Counted from the stretch's first letter, positions 1 to 13,430 are shown. The stretch is 64,000 nt of DNA from Stegostoma tigrinum (GCF_030684315.1 NC_081397.1:14098421-14162420), one strand, 5' to 3'. The notes: a model not told the origin generated them from the sequence alone. Program-made: numbers and translations.

Positions 1-1039
1 TCAATCTCTCTCTCTCAAAAGAAACCAGGACAAAATAATCTCTTAAAGCGACAGTATCATCACAAAGCTCTTTATCTCCAATGATGTTGAGGTGGGGAGA
101 GGGGCAAGGCTATTTGTTTTGTAATTACACCCCCTCTCCAGATCAGCGACTATTCCTGCCTCAGAATGGCTGCTTTGTGATGCATTAGAATGGTAACAGT
201 GTGGGTTCAAATCCTACACCGGATGGGGTTACCGTGAAGGACTCTCCTTTTGAACCTCCCAATCACCTGAGGCGCAGTGACCCTCAGGTTCCATCACCTT
301 CCAATCCGCTCTCTCCAACGGGAGAGCAGCTCTAATGATCTGGTAAGACTGTGGTGAATTGACCATGATCTGTAATTGATGCACCAATTGCTTTTTAAAC
401 AGTAAATACCGACAGAAAGCTGTACTTTGTACAAACCGTTATCGCGATCATGTATCTCTCTGAAGTTGACACCACACCACCCCCCCCAGCCAAACCACAC
501 ACCCAATGCCAACCTCCCAACAACCCCACCACCCACCCCCCTCCCCCACCCCCACACCTGTAGAATAGGTCATTAAGTAGACACAGACCACTTTGGGAAG
601 CTGGGAATCTTTGATGATATTCACTTGGCAGGACTGCACCTGAAAAACGAACAGATTCTGTTTGAAGTTTTTCGTCTCGCATCAATCAGGAGTAGACGGC
701 AAGAACGGCAAATTTCAAAATCTTAGCCGGATTATGGAGAGGGAGAGAAACAGGAACAGAGTTAACATTACAGGTTATAAACACAGAAAGTTCTGGTGAA
801 CCTCAGCTGATCTGGCAGCAACCATCGAGAGAGACAAACAAAGTTAATGTTTCGAGTACAGTGACCTGTAATCAGGGTTGACCCTTTGAAACGAAAGAGC
901 AAGCCATTCAGTCGTATTCCTCGCCACAAGTTCTGAATAATGAAATGAAATGGGATGGATCACCCAGCATCGAGTCAGGCACCGGAAAAGACAACAGACC
1001 TGAAACAGCCCTGTCAGCCCTGCAAAGTCCTGCTTCCTA

Positions 1040-1200
1040 ACCTCTGGGAGCTCATGTCAAAATCCGGAGAGTCAGCATTATACTCAGAATCATACCTTAC
1101 AGACAATGTACCAGACACCACCATCACCATCCCTGGATATGCCATGTCCCACCAGCAGGATAGACCCTGGAGAGGTGGTGGCAGGGTGGAGTTGCCCCGG
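1040..1200 (+). mobile_element. LINE (L2/CR1 group) APE endonuclease fragment
   Basis: ESYLTDNVPDTTITIPGY...DRPWRGGG. Confidence 0.6.
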
Positions 1201-1214
1201 GAGTCAACATTTAT

Positions 1215-1580
1215 TTTGGACAACAGGAGGACATAGCACGCCAAAACAACAAGACTCCTGAGACCACCAGGAATCATGGGAGCACACAAGCCCACAGCCA
1301 CTTTATGATAAACACTCAAGGATTAAAGACCGCATTCTCACAACATGCAAACCCAATGTGGTCTACAAAATACCAAGCAACGACTGCCACAACCATTACC
1401 TTAGACAGGCAGGAAGAAAACTAGCTATCAAGACACATGAACATCTGCTAGCAGCAAAACTGCACAATAAACGCTTCTTACTATCGGTACACTGACAGTG
1501 AAGGCCATCAGTTTAACTGGGACACGGTAACCATACTAGTCCAAGCCAAACATAGACACACACGGGAATTCCAAGTGGCA
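1215..1580 (+). mobile_element. Decayed Penelope-like GIY-YIG fragment
   Basis: Translates as NVVYKIPSNDCHNHY...GRKLAIKTHEH. Confidence 0.75.
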
Positions 1581-1824
1581 GTCATTGAATTGAATTGGAA
1601 GAGGGAAACGTACATTGATAGCTAACTGCTATATTGTTCATCTTGTTTTGAGGTGACCTAAAGTTTGGGCACTGAGACATCAATCTGTTTATTACCGCAT
1701 TACAACAGCTTAATGTCTGAGTGTGGCCCCTTCTGGCCTGGGTCTCTGGGACAAGGAGCCATTCACTCTGGGTCCAGCATTGTTCACACAGGGAGCGTTG
1801 TCATTTCATGTTTCTTTGATGTCA

Positions 1825-2650
1825 GAAAGTTCGGTGGAGGGACAGGTAATGGTGAGGAAGCAGACAGGCTGCCGAAGGAATTGGACAGGCTCAGAGATTG
1901 GGCAAAGAAATGGCAAACAGAATACAATGGGGGAAAGTGTGAGGTTGTGCACTTTGGTGGGAATAGAGGCAGAGACCGTTTTTCAAATGGGGAAGGCTTC
2001 GGAAATCTCAAGCACAAAGCCACTTGGGAGTCCTACTTCAGGATTCTCTTCAGGTTAACATGCAAGTTCATTTGGCAGTTAATGTAACATTAGAATTCAA
2101 TTCAAGATGGCCAGAATTCAAGAACAGAGATGTACTGCTGAAGCTGTATTAGGCTCTGGTCAAACCATATTTGGAATATTGTGAGCAGCTTTGGGCCCTG
2201 TATTTCAGGAAGGATGTGCTGGCCCTGGAGGGGGGTCAAGAGGAGATTTACAAGATCCCAGGGATGAAGGGCTTGTCTAATGAGGAGTGGTGAAGGCTCT
2301 CTGTCTGCATTCAATGTAGTTTAGAAGGATGAGGGAGAATCCGATTGAAACTTACAGAATACTGAGAGGCTTGGACAGAGACGAGGACATGAGGGGCACA
2401 GCCTCAGCATGAAGGGATGATATTTTTGAACTGAGATGAACAGGAACTTCTTCAGCCAGAGGGTGTTGAATCTGTGGAACTCAATGAATGTCTTTAAGAC
2501 GGTGATGGATAGGTTCTTGATTGGTGAAGAGATCAAGGCCGAGGGGGAGAAGGCAGAGAATGGGGTTGAGAAACACAGCAGTCACAATCAAATGACAGAG
2601 TGGACTCGATCGGCCAAACAGCCTAATTCTGCTCCATTATCACATGGGTC
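1825..2650 (+). mobile_element. CR1/HER1-like LINE 3' fragment
   Basis: LDRLRDWAKKWQTEYNGGKCEVVHFG and RNFFSQRVLNLWNS. Confidence 0.85.
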
Positions 2651-3824
2651 TTACATTCACTCTTACTGAGTGACCTTTAATGGATTACACATTTTAGCAA
2701 CACAGAATAAGAGCTTTCTGTTGCTACTGTCTGTACCACCCACACTAACATGAGCCCAGGCTACTGAATGACCAATACAACTGAAGGGCTAGGAGCAGCA
2801 GGAGACCATTCAGCCTCTTGGGTGCCTACGGCCCCATTCAATATGGCACAGCTGATCCCATCTTGGCTTCAGCTCCAGTTTCCTGCCCCCACTCCCATTC
2901 ACCTATCATTGATTCCAAATCTGTCTGTCTCCTCCTCCAATTCATTCAGTGTCCCAACATTGAATACACACTCGAGAACAGCAGTATGTACCCACAGCAA
3001 ATCCCCCAGATTCACATCCCTGTCTCCCTTGGACAGAACCCATTCCTCCTTCTCTCTGTTTTCAATCTGTCCCAGCCCCTTCTCCTGAAATGTTGAACTC
3101 TTGTTCCAGATTGTCCCACATGAGCAATCATTCTCTTTCCTTCTCCTTTCCATCTTATATCCCTCAATGAGATCTCCTCTCATTCTTCTAAACTCCAGAG
3201 ATTATTGGCCGAAACTGCTCAATCTCTCCTCATAAGCCAAACCGCTTACCTCAGAAAATGACATGGACAAAATCGCATTGCATCTAAATAGTATACTGGA
3301 TGTAGAACACACATCCCAAAGTGAGCTCGTCACAGTGTTGGAGAGGTCTCCAGTGCCAATAAAAGGCCCATCGAGCCTGTGCCAGTTAAAAACACCACCT
3401 CACCATTCTCTAATTCCATTTCCCCAGCACTCAGCCCATTGCCTTGGCATCCCAGGTGCACATCAAAATTCTTCTTCATATGTGATGAGGGTTTCTGCCT
3501 CTCCCATCTTCACAGGTAGCAAGTTGCAGGTTCCCCACCAGCTTCTGGGTGAAAACTTGGTCCCTCATTGCTCCCTCCATCAAGGATGAAACCTTTCTTC
3601 CTGCTTACCCAATCTATGGACCCTCATCATTTGATACATCCCAATCATGTCCAGCATCTCAATCTCCTCTGCTCTGACGATAAGAACCCCAGTCTGTCCA
3701 ATCTCTCTCCATCACTGGCACTCTCCAGTGTCGAAGGCAACATCCTGGTAAATCTGCCTCTACACCCTCTCCCCGTGCATTTAGATACATTCTGTCATTA
3801 AAGTGTCTTTTCTTTTATTTACAG

Positions 3825-3845
3825 CTCACTGTGATGTTGCATCAG
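3825..3845 (+). other. Candidate 21-nt micro-exon
   Basis: TCTTTTCTTTTATTTACAG|CTCACTGTGATGTTGCATCAG|GTGGGA; same strand as, and upstream of, the ITIM exon. Confidence 0.3.
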
Positions 3846-3936
3846 GTGGGAAACACGCAAGTTATTTTGCAGTGAAAAAGCTGGCAGTTAATTTTTAATC
3901 AGCAAAGTTACGTTTTTAGCAGGTGGTTCATGTAGA

Positions 3937-4110
3937 NNNNNNNNNNNNNNNNNNNNNNNNNNNNNNNNNNNNNNNNNNNNNNNNNNNNNNNNNNNNNNNN
4001 NNNNNNNNNNNNNNNNNNNNNNNNNNNNNNNNNNNNNNNNNNNNNNNNNNNNNNNNNNNNNNNNNNNNNNNNNNNNNNNNNNNNNNNNNNNNNNNNNNNN
4101 NNNNNNNNNN
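3937..4110. other. Assembly gap
   Basis: Run of 174 N. Confidence 1.
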
Positions 4111-4276
4111 TTTTGTTGTTTAACTTTTCAACTGTTTAACCTGAGGGTCACCACATCTAAGGCAAAGGGGAACGATCATTCACAGCAATCTCAACCAGTG
4201 CAGAAACTGAACCACACACTTTCAGCACGACCAGACAGTCAACTGAGCTAACCAAGCCCTACACGGCAAAAACACT

Positions 4277-4560
4277 GGGCAACACGGTGGCTCAGTGGTT
4301 AGCACTGCTGCCTCATATTGTGTGTGTGGTTTCCACCGGGTGCTCCAGTCTTCTCCCATTGTCTCAAGGTGTGCAGGTTCGGTGGAGTGGTCATTCTAAT
4401 TTACGCATAGTGTCCGGGGTTGGTAGATTAGGGAGATTAACCATGGGAAATGCATGGTTACAGGGATACATTAGAGGAGTCGGTCTGTGTGGGATGCTGC
4501 TCAGATGGTTGGTACGGACTTAATGGACTGAATGGCTTACTTCTACTCTGTAGGGATTCC
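4277..4560 (+). mobile_element. tRNA-derived V-SINE (HE1-like), internally deleted
   Basis: A-box GGTGGCTCAGTGGTTAGCACTGCTGCCTCA, V-domain GGGTGCTCCAG...AAGGTGTGCAGGTT, CR1-like tail CTGTAGGGATTC. Confidence 0.85.
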
Positions 4561-5619
4561 ACTGATGTCGATGTTTGGCTCAAAGGTGCGGGGCAATTTA
4601 TTCTGATCTGAACACCGCACTTTAGTGTGATTCACTTTCAATTTCGAAATAATGGGGAGGCAATATCCTATTTTGTCAGATGCCTGGGATATACTGTGAG
4701 GACTTGAAATTAAATCTTGCTATTGCAGATCACGGATTTTGACTTAAACTTTAAACAAAACAGATCTGGAGTTAAGGCTCTAATGATGACCATTGTGAGA
4801 AGCAAAGAACCATCTGGTTCAGTAGTGAAGACTGACATGAAAAGTTATTTCTTCTCTCAGGGAGATAAGAGACTTTGGAACTCCTTGCTAGACAGAGCTG
4901 TATGTATTTGTGGCAGCAGGGGGAAGGCAGATTTAAGGCTGGGATTTACAGTTTCTTGATCAGACAGGGAATCAATGGGAAGGGCAGGAAAGTGGACATG
5001 AGGAATGTTGGATCAGCCACAGTCCTATTGAATGGTGGAGCAGGATCGAGGGGCCGAATATCCTACTCCCATTCCTGTCTCTGATGGTCCTTATGGGAGC
5101 AAAATCTGCCATTCTCACCTGATCTGCTCTGCACGTGACTCTTAACCCTTTGCAAACTCCTCATTACCTTCAGGTCGAGCATGTCAATCCATTCAAGGAC
5201 ATTTTGAGATTGGCATCCCCTTGCCACCTTGGCAGAGCTGGCCACACCCTGTTCAAAGTACAGAGAAATAACATTTGTCATCGTCAGTTTTAGGCTTGTT
5301 CCAACTGTGTGCTTTTCTAAGAGGAACTGGTCTGTGTCACAACCCCAGATATTAATTGCTCATCCCGTAAACTCTCACTGTCTTCCAGATAAAGTTTGTT
5401 TTTCTCACCATTCACCCCTCCATATCCCCACGTTCACCATCCAACCACTCCGAATGTCCAGCTTGTTGGCTCAACACTGAAATGATTCATGCAGTTCAAT
5501 GTAGATCAGAGTGACGTTATCTGCTTTGGGTGCAAAACCAGGAAATTGGGTTTTTATCCGCCGGATTGGGATGTGGGGGTGCTCCAAGTCCTGGATGTAC
5601 CTCATACACCAGTCAGTGA

Positions 5620-6490
5620 CAGTGAGCATTACAGGAGCAGCAGATGGTGAAGAATGGAAATGTGATGTTGGCCTTCATAGTGAGAAGGTTCCAGTCCAGG
5701 AGCAGGGCTGTCTTGCTGAAATTGTACAGGGAGAGACCACATCCTGCTGTATTGTGTCTGCAGTCTGGGGTCTCCGTCTCTGAGGATGGATGTCCTGGCT
5801 ATGGAGGGAGTGCAGCCGAGGTTTCCCAGACTGAATCCTGGGATGGCAGGACTGAAGGATAAGGACAGACTGGATCGCTTAGGATTATATTCACTGGAGT
5901 TTAGAAGAATGAGGAGTCATCTCATAGAAACCTGTGAAATTTCAATGGGAATTAACAGGGGTAAACACAGATGTTGCTGATGGCTGGACATGGGGCTAAG
6001 GACACATGAGTCCACCCTCAGGGGCTCACAGTCTAAAGGAGATGGGGAAGGGCTGAGGGTGGGGAGAAATGTCTTCACCTAGAGGGTGGGGATCCAATGG
6101 GATTCTCTGCCACAGAAAGTGGTTGGGATCAGAGTAGTGAATGTTGTTCAAGTAGCAGCATCGAGTTCTTAGGGGCAAAATGTCTTGGACAGCCACATCA
6201 TAACATCCCAACTCCTACACTCAGTGTTGGAACTGATGAAGGCAACTGTTCCAAACTTGCCGTCCGCCTGGGACTCCACTTTATGCAACTATGTGCCTGC
6301 ACCCTTCGATCCCTCTGTTTGACAACACTCCCCAGGGCCCTACCATTAACCTGCCCTGGTTTGCCTCAGCAAAAATGCAACACCTCTATATTTGTCTAAA
6401 TTAAACTCTACCTGCCAGTCCTCGGCCCATTGGCCCAGTTGATCAAGTTCCCAATGTACTCTGAGATAACCACCTTCACTGTCCATGAGG
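5620..6490. mobile_element. CR1-like LINE fragments (+ 5620-6170, - 6175-6490)
   Basis: LDRLGLYSLEFRRMRSHLIE on +; reversed RT C-terminal piece on -. Confidence 0.75.
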
Positions 6491-6547
6491 CCACCGATTT
6501 TGCTCCTGCTCCTCATTTACTATGTTTCTGTATTGTCCTATTTTCAG

Positions 6548-6679
6548 GCTGAGCAAGCAGACCAGCAACCATCCTGCATCACATACACCACCCTGAGGCA
6601 CACAGATATGCGAGGGGATGAGGAACCAGGTCAAGGTGAAGAGGGAAATGTTTATGCCAATCTTCCGCGGACATTGTGA
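6548..6679 (+). CDS. Probable terminal coding exon of an ITIM-bearing inhibitory receptor (cytoplasmic tail)
   Basis: Pyrimidine-rich acceptor TATTGTCCTATTTTCAG| then AEQADQQPSCITYTTLRHTDMRGDEEPGQGEEGNVYANLPRTL*. ITYTTL fits the ITIM consensus and a second Tyr motif, NVYANL, lies 23 residues later. Unique sequence between LINE fragments. Confidence 0.6.
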   Translation, partial: AEQADQQPSCITYTTLRHTDMRGDEEPGQGEEGNVYANLPRTL

Positions 6680-7089
6680 GACAGCACAGAAGAATCCCTT
6701 CAATGCCTCACAAATTGATGGATAGCAATTGTTCCTTCCAGCAAATAAGGGGGAGAAGGAAGAGAGGACAGAGGAGCGTCAGGTTTCTGCAGCTGAGAAA
6801 TGGCTAAGCTTTGTTCCCATTCACTCAGCCAGACATCAACTCCAAACATGAATTTGCCTTGAGAAGCCATCGGAATAACTGTCTCTCACATAACTCTGAG
6901 TGGGCCAATCTCTTCTGCTGCAGCATGATCTGACCCTTGATGGCAGGGATTTGAGATTTTGTGCTGTCCATTCCCAACTTGAGTATCCATTTGATCTCCT
7001 GGTGAGTGTATCAGGGCAGATGAGCCAATGAATTGAATCTACTCTGCATTTATTTTTTAATTGTGGTGAGCTATTATCAGAGGTGTGAT

Positions 7090-7930
7090 TATTCCCCAGC
7101 CTGATCTTCATTACCCTCGAACTTCATCATTTTCAAACATATATCCAGCTCTCTCTTCATACCTCATATGGAATCCACCTCCACCACTCTCCCAGGCAGT
7201 GCATTCCAAATCCGAACAATGCTCCAAAGATGTTTCTCCTCATCTCACTCCTAGCTGTCTTGGTGACAAATTTGAAATTGTACCCCTGGTTACTGACATA
7301 GTGGAAACAGAGTATTCTACTTTACCCTCTCAAAATTCTTCATTATTGTGAACACCCCCATTTGTGACCCCTCTGCTCCATGGAGAATAAGCCTGGTTTC
7401 ATTAATCTTTCTTTGAACGTAAAATCCTTCATTCCTGCTGTCATTCTAGTGACACCTTTAAGCCATCTCCAGAGTGTTCTTCCTTAAATAAGGTGTCTAG
7501 AACTGAACACAAGCGTAGCCTGAGCAATGTGGTCTTAGCAATGATTTGTAGAGGCGTAGCATTACTTCCTTGCTTTGAGACTCAATGCCTCTATTTTTAA
7601 ACTCAAAGATCCTTTGAACCTGCTTCACAACTGTTTCAACTGGCCTGGCCACCTTCAGAGAACGATGCACATGAACCCCAAGATCTCTCTGTTCCAATTT
7701 TCCCTTTAAAGCTGTACCCTTAAGCTTGTATTGTTTCTTTGCATTTTTCTCAGCAAAATGCATAAGCTCATATTTTTCTGCATTGAAATTTATCTGCCAG
7801 GTCTCTGCCCATTTGGCCAACTTGTCAATGTCCCTGTGAAGTCACTCAGTATCATCCTCACAATGCACTCTTCTCCATGGCTTAGTATGATCTGTAAATT
7901 TAGAGACTTTATCCTCAATACCCAACTCCA
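7090..7930 (-). mobile_element. CR1-like LINE fragment
   Basis: KWAETWQINFNAEKYELMHF...EQRDLGVHVHRSLKV...LYKSLLRPH. Confidence 0.85.
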
Positions 7931-7939
7931 AATCATTTC

Positions 7940-9760
7940 TACAATCAATATATTTATCTATATATATCTGTCAGTTTCTCTTACGTAAACGTATGACTAT
8001 TTACCAGCCTGTACCTGTTAGTTTCTGCTGAGAATTGCAAGTGACAATATTAATCTGTTAGCGAGTTTTGAGAAGATTTGTAGCTCAGTTTGAGGTTCTG
8101 GATGTAAGTTTGCTCACTAAGCTGGAAGGTTCATTTTCAGACGTTTCGTCACCATTCTAGGTAACATCATCAGTGAGCCTACGGTGAAGCGCTGGTGTTT
8201 AGGTTTCCTTGGGTTGGTGATGTCACTTCCTGTGCCGGTGATGTCATTTCCTGTTCTTTTTCTCAAAGGGTGGTAGATGAGCTCCAAATCTCTGTTTGTT
8301 GATGGAGTTTCGGTTGGAATGACATGCTTCCAGGAATTCTTGTGCGTGTCTCTGTTTGTCTTGTCCAAGATGGATGGATGTGTTGTCCCAAAGTGGTGGC
8401 CTTCCTCATCTGTATGCAAGGATACTAGTGATCGTGGGTCATGTCTTTTGGTGGATATTTACCAACAGGTGGCGACAGACCTGACCCCACAACTGGAGAA
8501 CCGAATCACAGCCTTACTCATAAAACTTCAAAAATCTGGAGAATTAAACAAGAGACTCTTCCAAAAAATGAAACCAGATGGATCCAACACACCACGCTTC
8601 TACGGACTACCCAAAATTCACAAACCAGGAGCTCCCCTCAGACCCATAGTCTCACTACCTGGAACACCAACATACAGACTAGCCAAGGAACTACACCAAA
8701 GACTAAAACACCGAGTAGAAGACTCACGCCACTCCATTCACTCCAGCCAAGAATTCTTGAACACCATCAAAAGCACCAAGATAGAAGAGGATGAAACAAT
8801 GGTCTCCTTTGACGTAACAGCCCTGTTCACATCCATCAACATCAATCTGGCCAAAGAAACACTGACTACACTAGTCGAAGAACCAAAGACACATACACCA
8901 GACACCACCAACCTCATCAGCAAGGACAAAATCATCAAGCTCGTGGACCTATGCCTCACCACCCACTTCACTTTCAATAACAAAACCTACAGACAAACTA
9001 ACGGTACACCCATGGGATCTCCGACATCAGGGTTCTTAGCAGAGGGAGTAGTGCAGAGACTCGAACAAACAGCTCTGCCAATCATCCAACCCAAACTTTG
9101 GGTCTGCTACGTGGATGACACCTTTGTCATCACTAAACGAAACAAATTAGAGGAAACATTCAAGACCATCAATAATATCCTTCCTGATGTAAAATTCACA
9201 AAAGAGGAGGAACACAACAACAAACTGCATTCCTAGGTACCACAGTAGAGCGACCAGTTAATGGGGAACTTCAAACCAGCGTCTACAGGAAAACAACACA
9301 GACAGACCAAATACTGAACTGCCTTGTCAGTGTGTAAATGCACATATCGAAGTACACCTGTCAGTTCCTGCTGGGTGAATGTGTGGGTGCTGTTCCCAAC
9401 ATGTACCTGTGAGATTCTGCTCTGTAAATAGGAGAGTCTAGTTAACAGACTATACTTGTCAGTTTGTGCTCTGTGAAACTGGGAGTGTAGTTATCATTGT
9501 GTATGTCCGTTTTAGCTTTGAGAATGAGGGTGAAGTTATTCATCTCTCCCTGACAGTTCCTGCAATGCGAATGCATGACTAACATTAGCAGAAACCAAGA
9601 GAGACTGATAACTACAGTCACACCTTTACATTGTAGTCAATGTGTTGTCATCATTTGTGTGTTTCTGCAATACGAACAAGTGGGTGTAGTTATCAAACTG
9701 TACGTGTCAGTTTCTCCTCATGTATCAAAATGGCTAAATCTCTGGGTGTAGTTATCAATC
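7940..9760. repeat. Degenerate ~49-bp satellite array interrupted by a Penelope-like element
   Basis: Units at 7940-8058 and 9321-9760 (spacing 9441 to 9490 = 49). Confidence 0.75.
8059..9320. mobile_element. Penelope-like element with internal inversion (3' end and GIY-YIG tail on -, RT on +)
   Basis: 8457-9320 encodes RT motifs FYGLPKIHK, LRPIVS, SFDVTALFT, QTNGTPMGSP, YVDDTF. 8059-8456 is the reversed endonuclease end plus pLTR, with a hammerhead core CTGATGA...GAAACGTC (8140-8173, -). Confidence 0.9.
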
Positions 9761-9804
9761 TGTACGTGTCAGTTTCTCCTCATGTATCAAAATGGCTAAA
9801 TCTC
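9681..9804. repeat. Recent 62-bp tandem duplication
   Basis: 9681-9742 and 9743-9804 differ at one base. Confidence 0.92.
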
Positions 9805-12739
9805 TGAAGGCCAGTAGTATTCTGTGACTGTATGATTCACTCTGTGATGGTTATTTTTAGGGTGTTGAGGCTGCGTCTTAATGTCTTCTGCATTGTGTGA
9901 TTTATGAGTTGAGTGTCAGTCCTTGTGGTAGGTGAGGGGGATGGAGAAGTTGAGGACATGGGGTGATAACAGGAGGGGAACTGCTTTATTCTGAGAACCA
10001 TTCTGACAAATTGTCACATATTTCCTATTTGGTCAGACAGCCTGAGATCTGTGGTACCACTGATTAAACTGCTTGTTTCTCACCAAAAACAGAATCACAG
10101 ATATGGTACAGCATAGCAGCAGACCATTCAGCCCACTGTCTCTGTACTGGGAATTTTTTATGCAGCAGTTCCGCAGTAATTGTTAGGAATGTGAACTTCA
10201 TCTACTCATTGTCAGCGTCTATTTGTAAAGGCCAATATGACATAAGTTCTGTGGGTATCTGGCTTTTCATAACGATTGTGGTAGTTTTGATATGTTTCCC
10301 ACAGTCTCAGGGAGAGTACATGGATCTCATTTTCGTATGTTCAGTTGTGGTTTGTGTCGGAGTAGTAAACTCTGTCAAACTCTTTTCAATTGCACTGAAC
10401 TGCATTGCATTTCAGTCTCAGTTTGTTTTTACATTGTGCATGAGGTTGAGTGTGCAGTAGAATCTATCTGTCACTACTGGGCACTGTCACAGTCCAATAT
10501 CCTCAGGTGTAATCAGAGATTTTGAGAGTCAGTTCATATCTGGAAATTACTGTGAGGCCGTACTTCATTCTTTTCCTTTTAGCATCCACTGGCTGTGTGT
10601 GAGTGAGTTTTCCCTCGTGCTGCCAGTCTGTATCTCAGTTCCCGTCTCCTGTCGTGAATGGGAAACCACCGAAGATCATTAATTGTTGGTGCCTGTGGGA
10701 ATCATGTGCAAGTGAAAGGCAACACACTGCTACAGAAGGGACTCTGTGCTGTTCCTCAGATTCAAGACTGGAAACACAATGGGCCTTTGTAACTTGTATA
10801 GTGTAGAGTTGAACAGGGATTAATGATATAAAGTGTTGACTGTCAGAATAATATCCGTTTCTTTTTCAGTGTGTAGTGATATGCTTTTCTGAGTAATGCT
10901 AAAGTAGCAATCAGTGTAAACTGTGAAAGCCAATGGCAGTGAACAATTCAACTGCATTGCTGCTGCCTGATCACACAGTGTCGCTTGGACAGAAAAGACA
11001 AACGGGGAACTTATTCCCTGATGTAGACAGGACATGACCCTGCTCTGTGCCGTGATGGTGGAAGCAATTACTGGTACTCTTGTGTTGTTCTATGGAAGGG
11101 AAGTGGAAAGGAAAAGGAAGTTTATTTTCTGTCTTGCAGTGCAGCAGATTTAAAGGGTGAAACTCAATTTATTGAACAATCAACACTGTTCAACTCTGCT
11201 TTGAAACAAAAGGAGTGTTTCACAAACCTACCAAGCAAACCAATTTTGTCTATTTTTATTTTGTGCACTGCTTCGAAAGGTAACCACTTGATTAAACTGA
11301 TTTATTGTGAAAATTGTATTCAGATATCTTGGTATTTCTCTGCAATACATCCGAGGGAGGGCCAGGAGGAATGTCAGGCTCTTTACAATAAATTGAGATT
11401 AATTTTGAAAGAGGTACTCGAGGTTTCTTGCTGGACTGAAAAAGACAAAACAAATTCTATTCCTGAAAGGTGAAGAAAAGGAGAATGATGTTGCGATAAA
11501 GGTGGGGATGGCAGCTCCTCTGCTGCTATCATACATTTGTGTGAATGAAATGTTGAATGAATGGGATGAGAATTCTCGGTACAGACTCAATAATGTGAAG
11601 GAATGCAGGCCTCTCTGACAATGGTTCTGTGAGTAGAAATCATTCCAGATGTGACAGTTTCTGTTGCTTGCAATGTATATGGTATTGCATGGCTATTATT
11701 TGTTGGAATGTGTGTTGGGATGGTTTATGCATTTGATAGTGAGAGAGAGAGAGGAGGGTGCAAGAGAGGGAGTGAGAGTGTATATTAACAATTCTCTCAA
11801 TGTCAGTCTTTGGCACAGCACGTGCATTTGGAATTCACATTATTTAAGTTTTGTGACTATTGAGACAAATATTCATTGAAATAATAATTGTCTGTCTGTT
11901 ACTTCTGACTGAAATGTTTGCTTCAATATCTGTACTCCATATCTACTTCCCATGTGGTTGGTCAAACTAACAGCATCATCTATGTGTTCACTTGACTGTA
12001 ACACTAAAAGTACCCTGACTAAATGCAGATTTCATGCTGTTCCTGTGTATATATTTTGGATGAGGATTCAGTCTGTCATTCCTCCAAAGTGAAATTGTTT
12101 AGAACTGGGTGGCTGGAAGTGACGGTACAGATAAGACATATACACTGGTATTTCCTCAATGGTGTTTGACTCTTGGTTAGAACACATCTCTCTGGAAATT
12201 GCATTCAATGTGTGAGATTGAATCTGCTATCACTGTGGCTAGGATATTCTATGCTCTGACAGTGCAACATACCTGGTGGTTGTTGTAAGATGCTGGTCAC
12301 AATTGGCTTCGAACTGAGAAAACACTAAATTGTCCTGGTCCTTCAAGTATTGGCCTGGAGGAAGAAGGAATACCTCCTGTAAACTAACATCAGTTGAGAT
12401 TGATCAGAGTGATATTGCCAATGTAACATTCAGTTAATTATTCATTAGGATTGTTTGTTTTGAGCTATTTATTTGAACAGAACCACGGTCTGATTCTACT
12501 CCTAGCCTGAGCTTCTCCTTGTCTATTTTCTTTTCTTAAAATTCGAATACCCGGTTGAGTGAGATCCAAAAGCTAACCAACACTGATACAGCTGCATGAG
12601 TGGGACTACATACTGCTAGTGGGTATATGGATATGCGAGTTTCGTTGTCCATCTATATCTGTCAGCTCCCTCTTGTTGAATGCGTCAGTGTAGTTACAAA
12701 TATATACCTGTCAGTATATGCTCTGTTAATTTTTTTTAA

Positions 12740-13430
12740 TAAATTCAAATGTCGCGAGAGACAGTGAAATGCTCTGTTTACGAGCAGTACAGGCCGATCA
12801 CAGTCAGCAAGGATGTACAGAACAAAACAACTCAGAGAGGCATGCAGGTTACATTTCACAGGGTGCGCACTCGGAGAGATCAACATTAACAAGATCATCA
12901 TTATTTGAGGCCAAAGAGTCGATTCATCAATTTAATAATGAACAGGAAGAAGTTGCCCCTGAACCTGTTCGGGCTTCTGTATCTTCTGCCTGATTCAAGA
13001 GGTTGTAGGAGATTATTCATCCCTGGAACATCTATACACCGTTACCCTGTGCAGACTGATCTCAAAACTCTGTGACCTTGGTCTCGGCTCCACCCACTGC
13101 AACTGGATCCTCAAATTTCTGACCCATAGACTGCAATCAGTGAAGACAGACATTTGCATCTCCTCTACAATAACACACAACACTGGAGGCCACCCGCCAA
13201 GGATGCAACCTCAGGCCCCTACTGTACACCCAACACTGTGGGGCCAATTTCCAAATGAACACCATCTACAAACTTGCTGATGACACCATCATAGTGGGAC
13301 ACATATGGAACAACCAGGAGTCAAAACCCAGAAGGGAGATAGAGGGCTTGATGACATGGTGCAGTGAAGGCGACCTCTCTCTCAATGTTGGAAAAACTAA
13401 AGAACTGACCATTGGCTTCAGAAAGAATGG
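12740..13430. mobile_element. Rex1/Babar-like LINE fragment with apparent inversion
   Basis: + strand CNWILKFLTHRLQSV and YKLADDTIIVG...WCSEGDLSLNVGKTKEL; 12740-13030 looks like the reversed 3' end. Confidence 0.6.

Noticed and set aside
470-558. C-rich tract with G-quadruplex potential (also 13440-13515)
   Set aside because: Low-complexity sequence next to repeats with no functional context.
4287-4314. tRNA gene
   Set aside because: Only the A-box head of a V-SINE; no B box or cloverleaf.
4586-4625. Another Tyr motif (GAIYSDL) between the micro-exon and the ITIM exon
   Set aside because: Weak acceptor, no donor, and an in-frame stop soon after; likely chance.
8277-9236. 319-aa ORF as an intact gene
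   Set aside because: It is a chimera of an inverted Penelope 3' segment and an RT fragment, ending in a frameshift.
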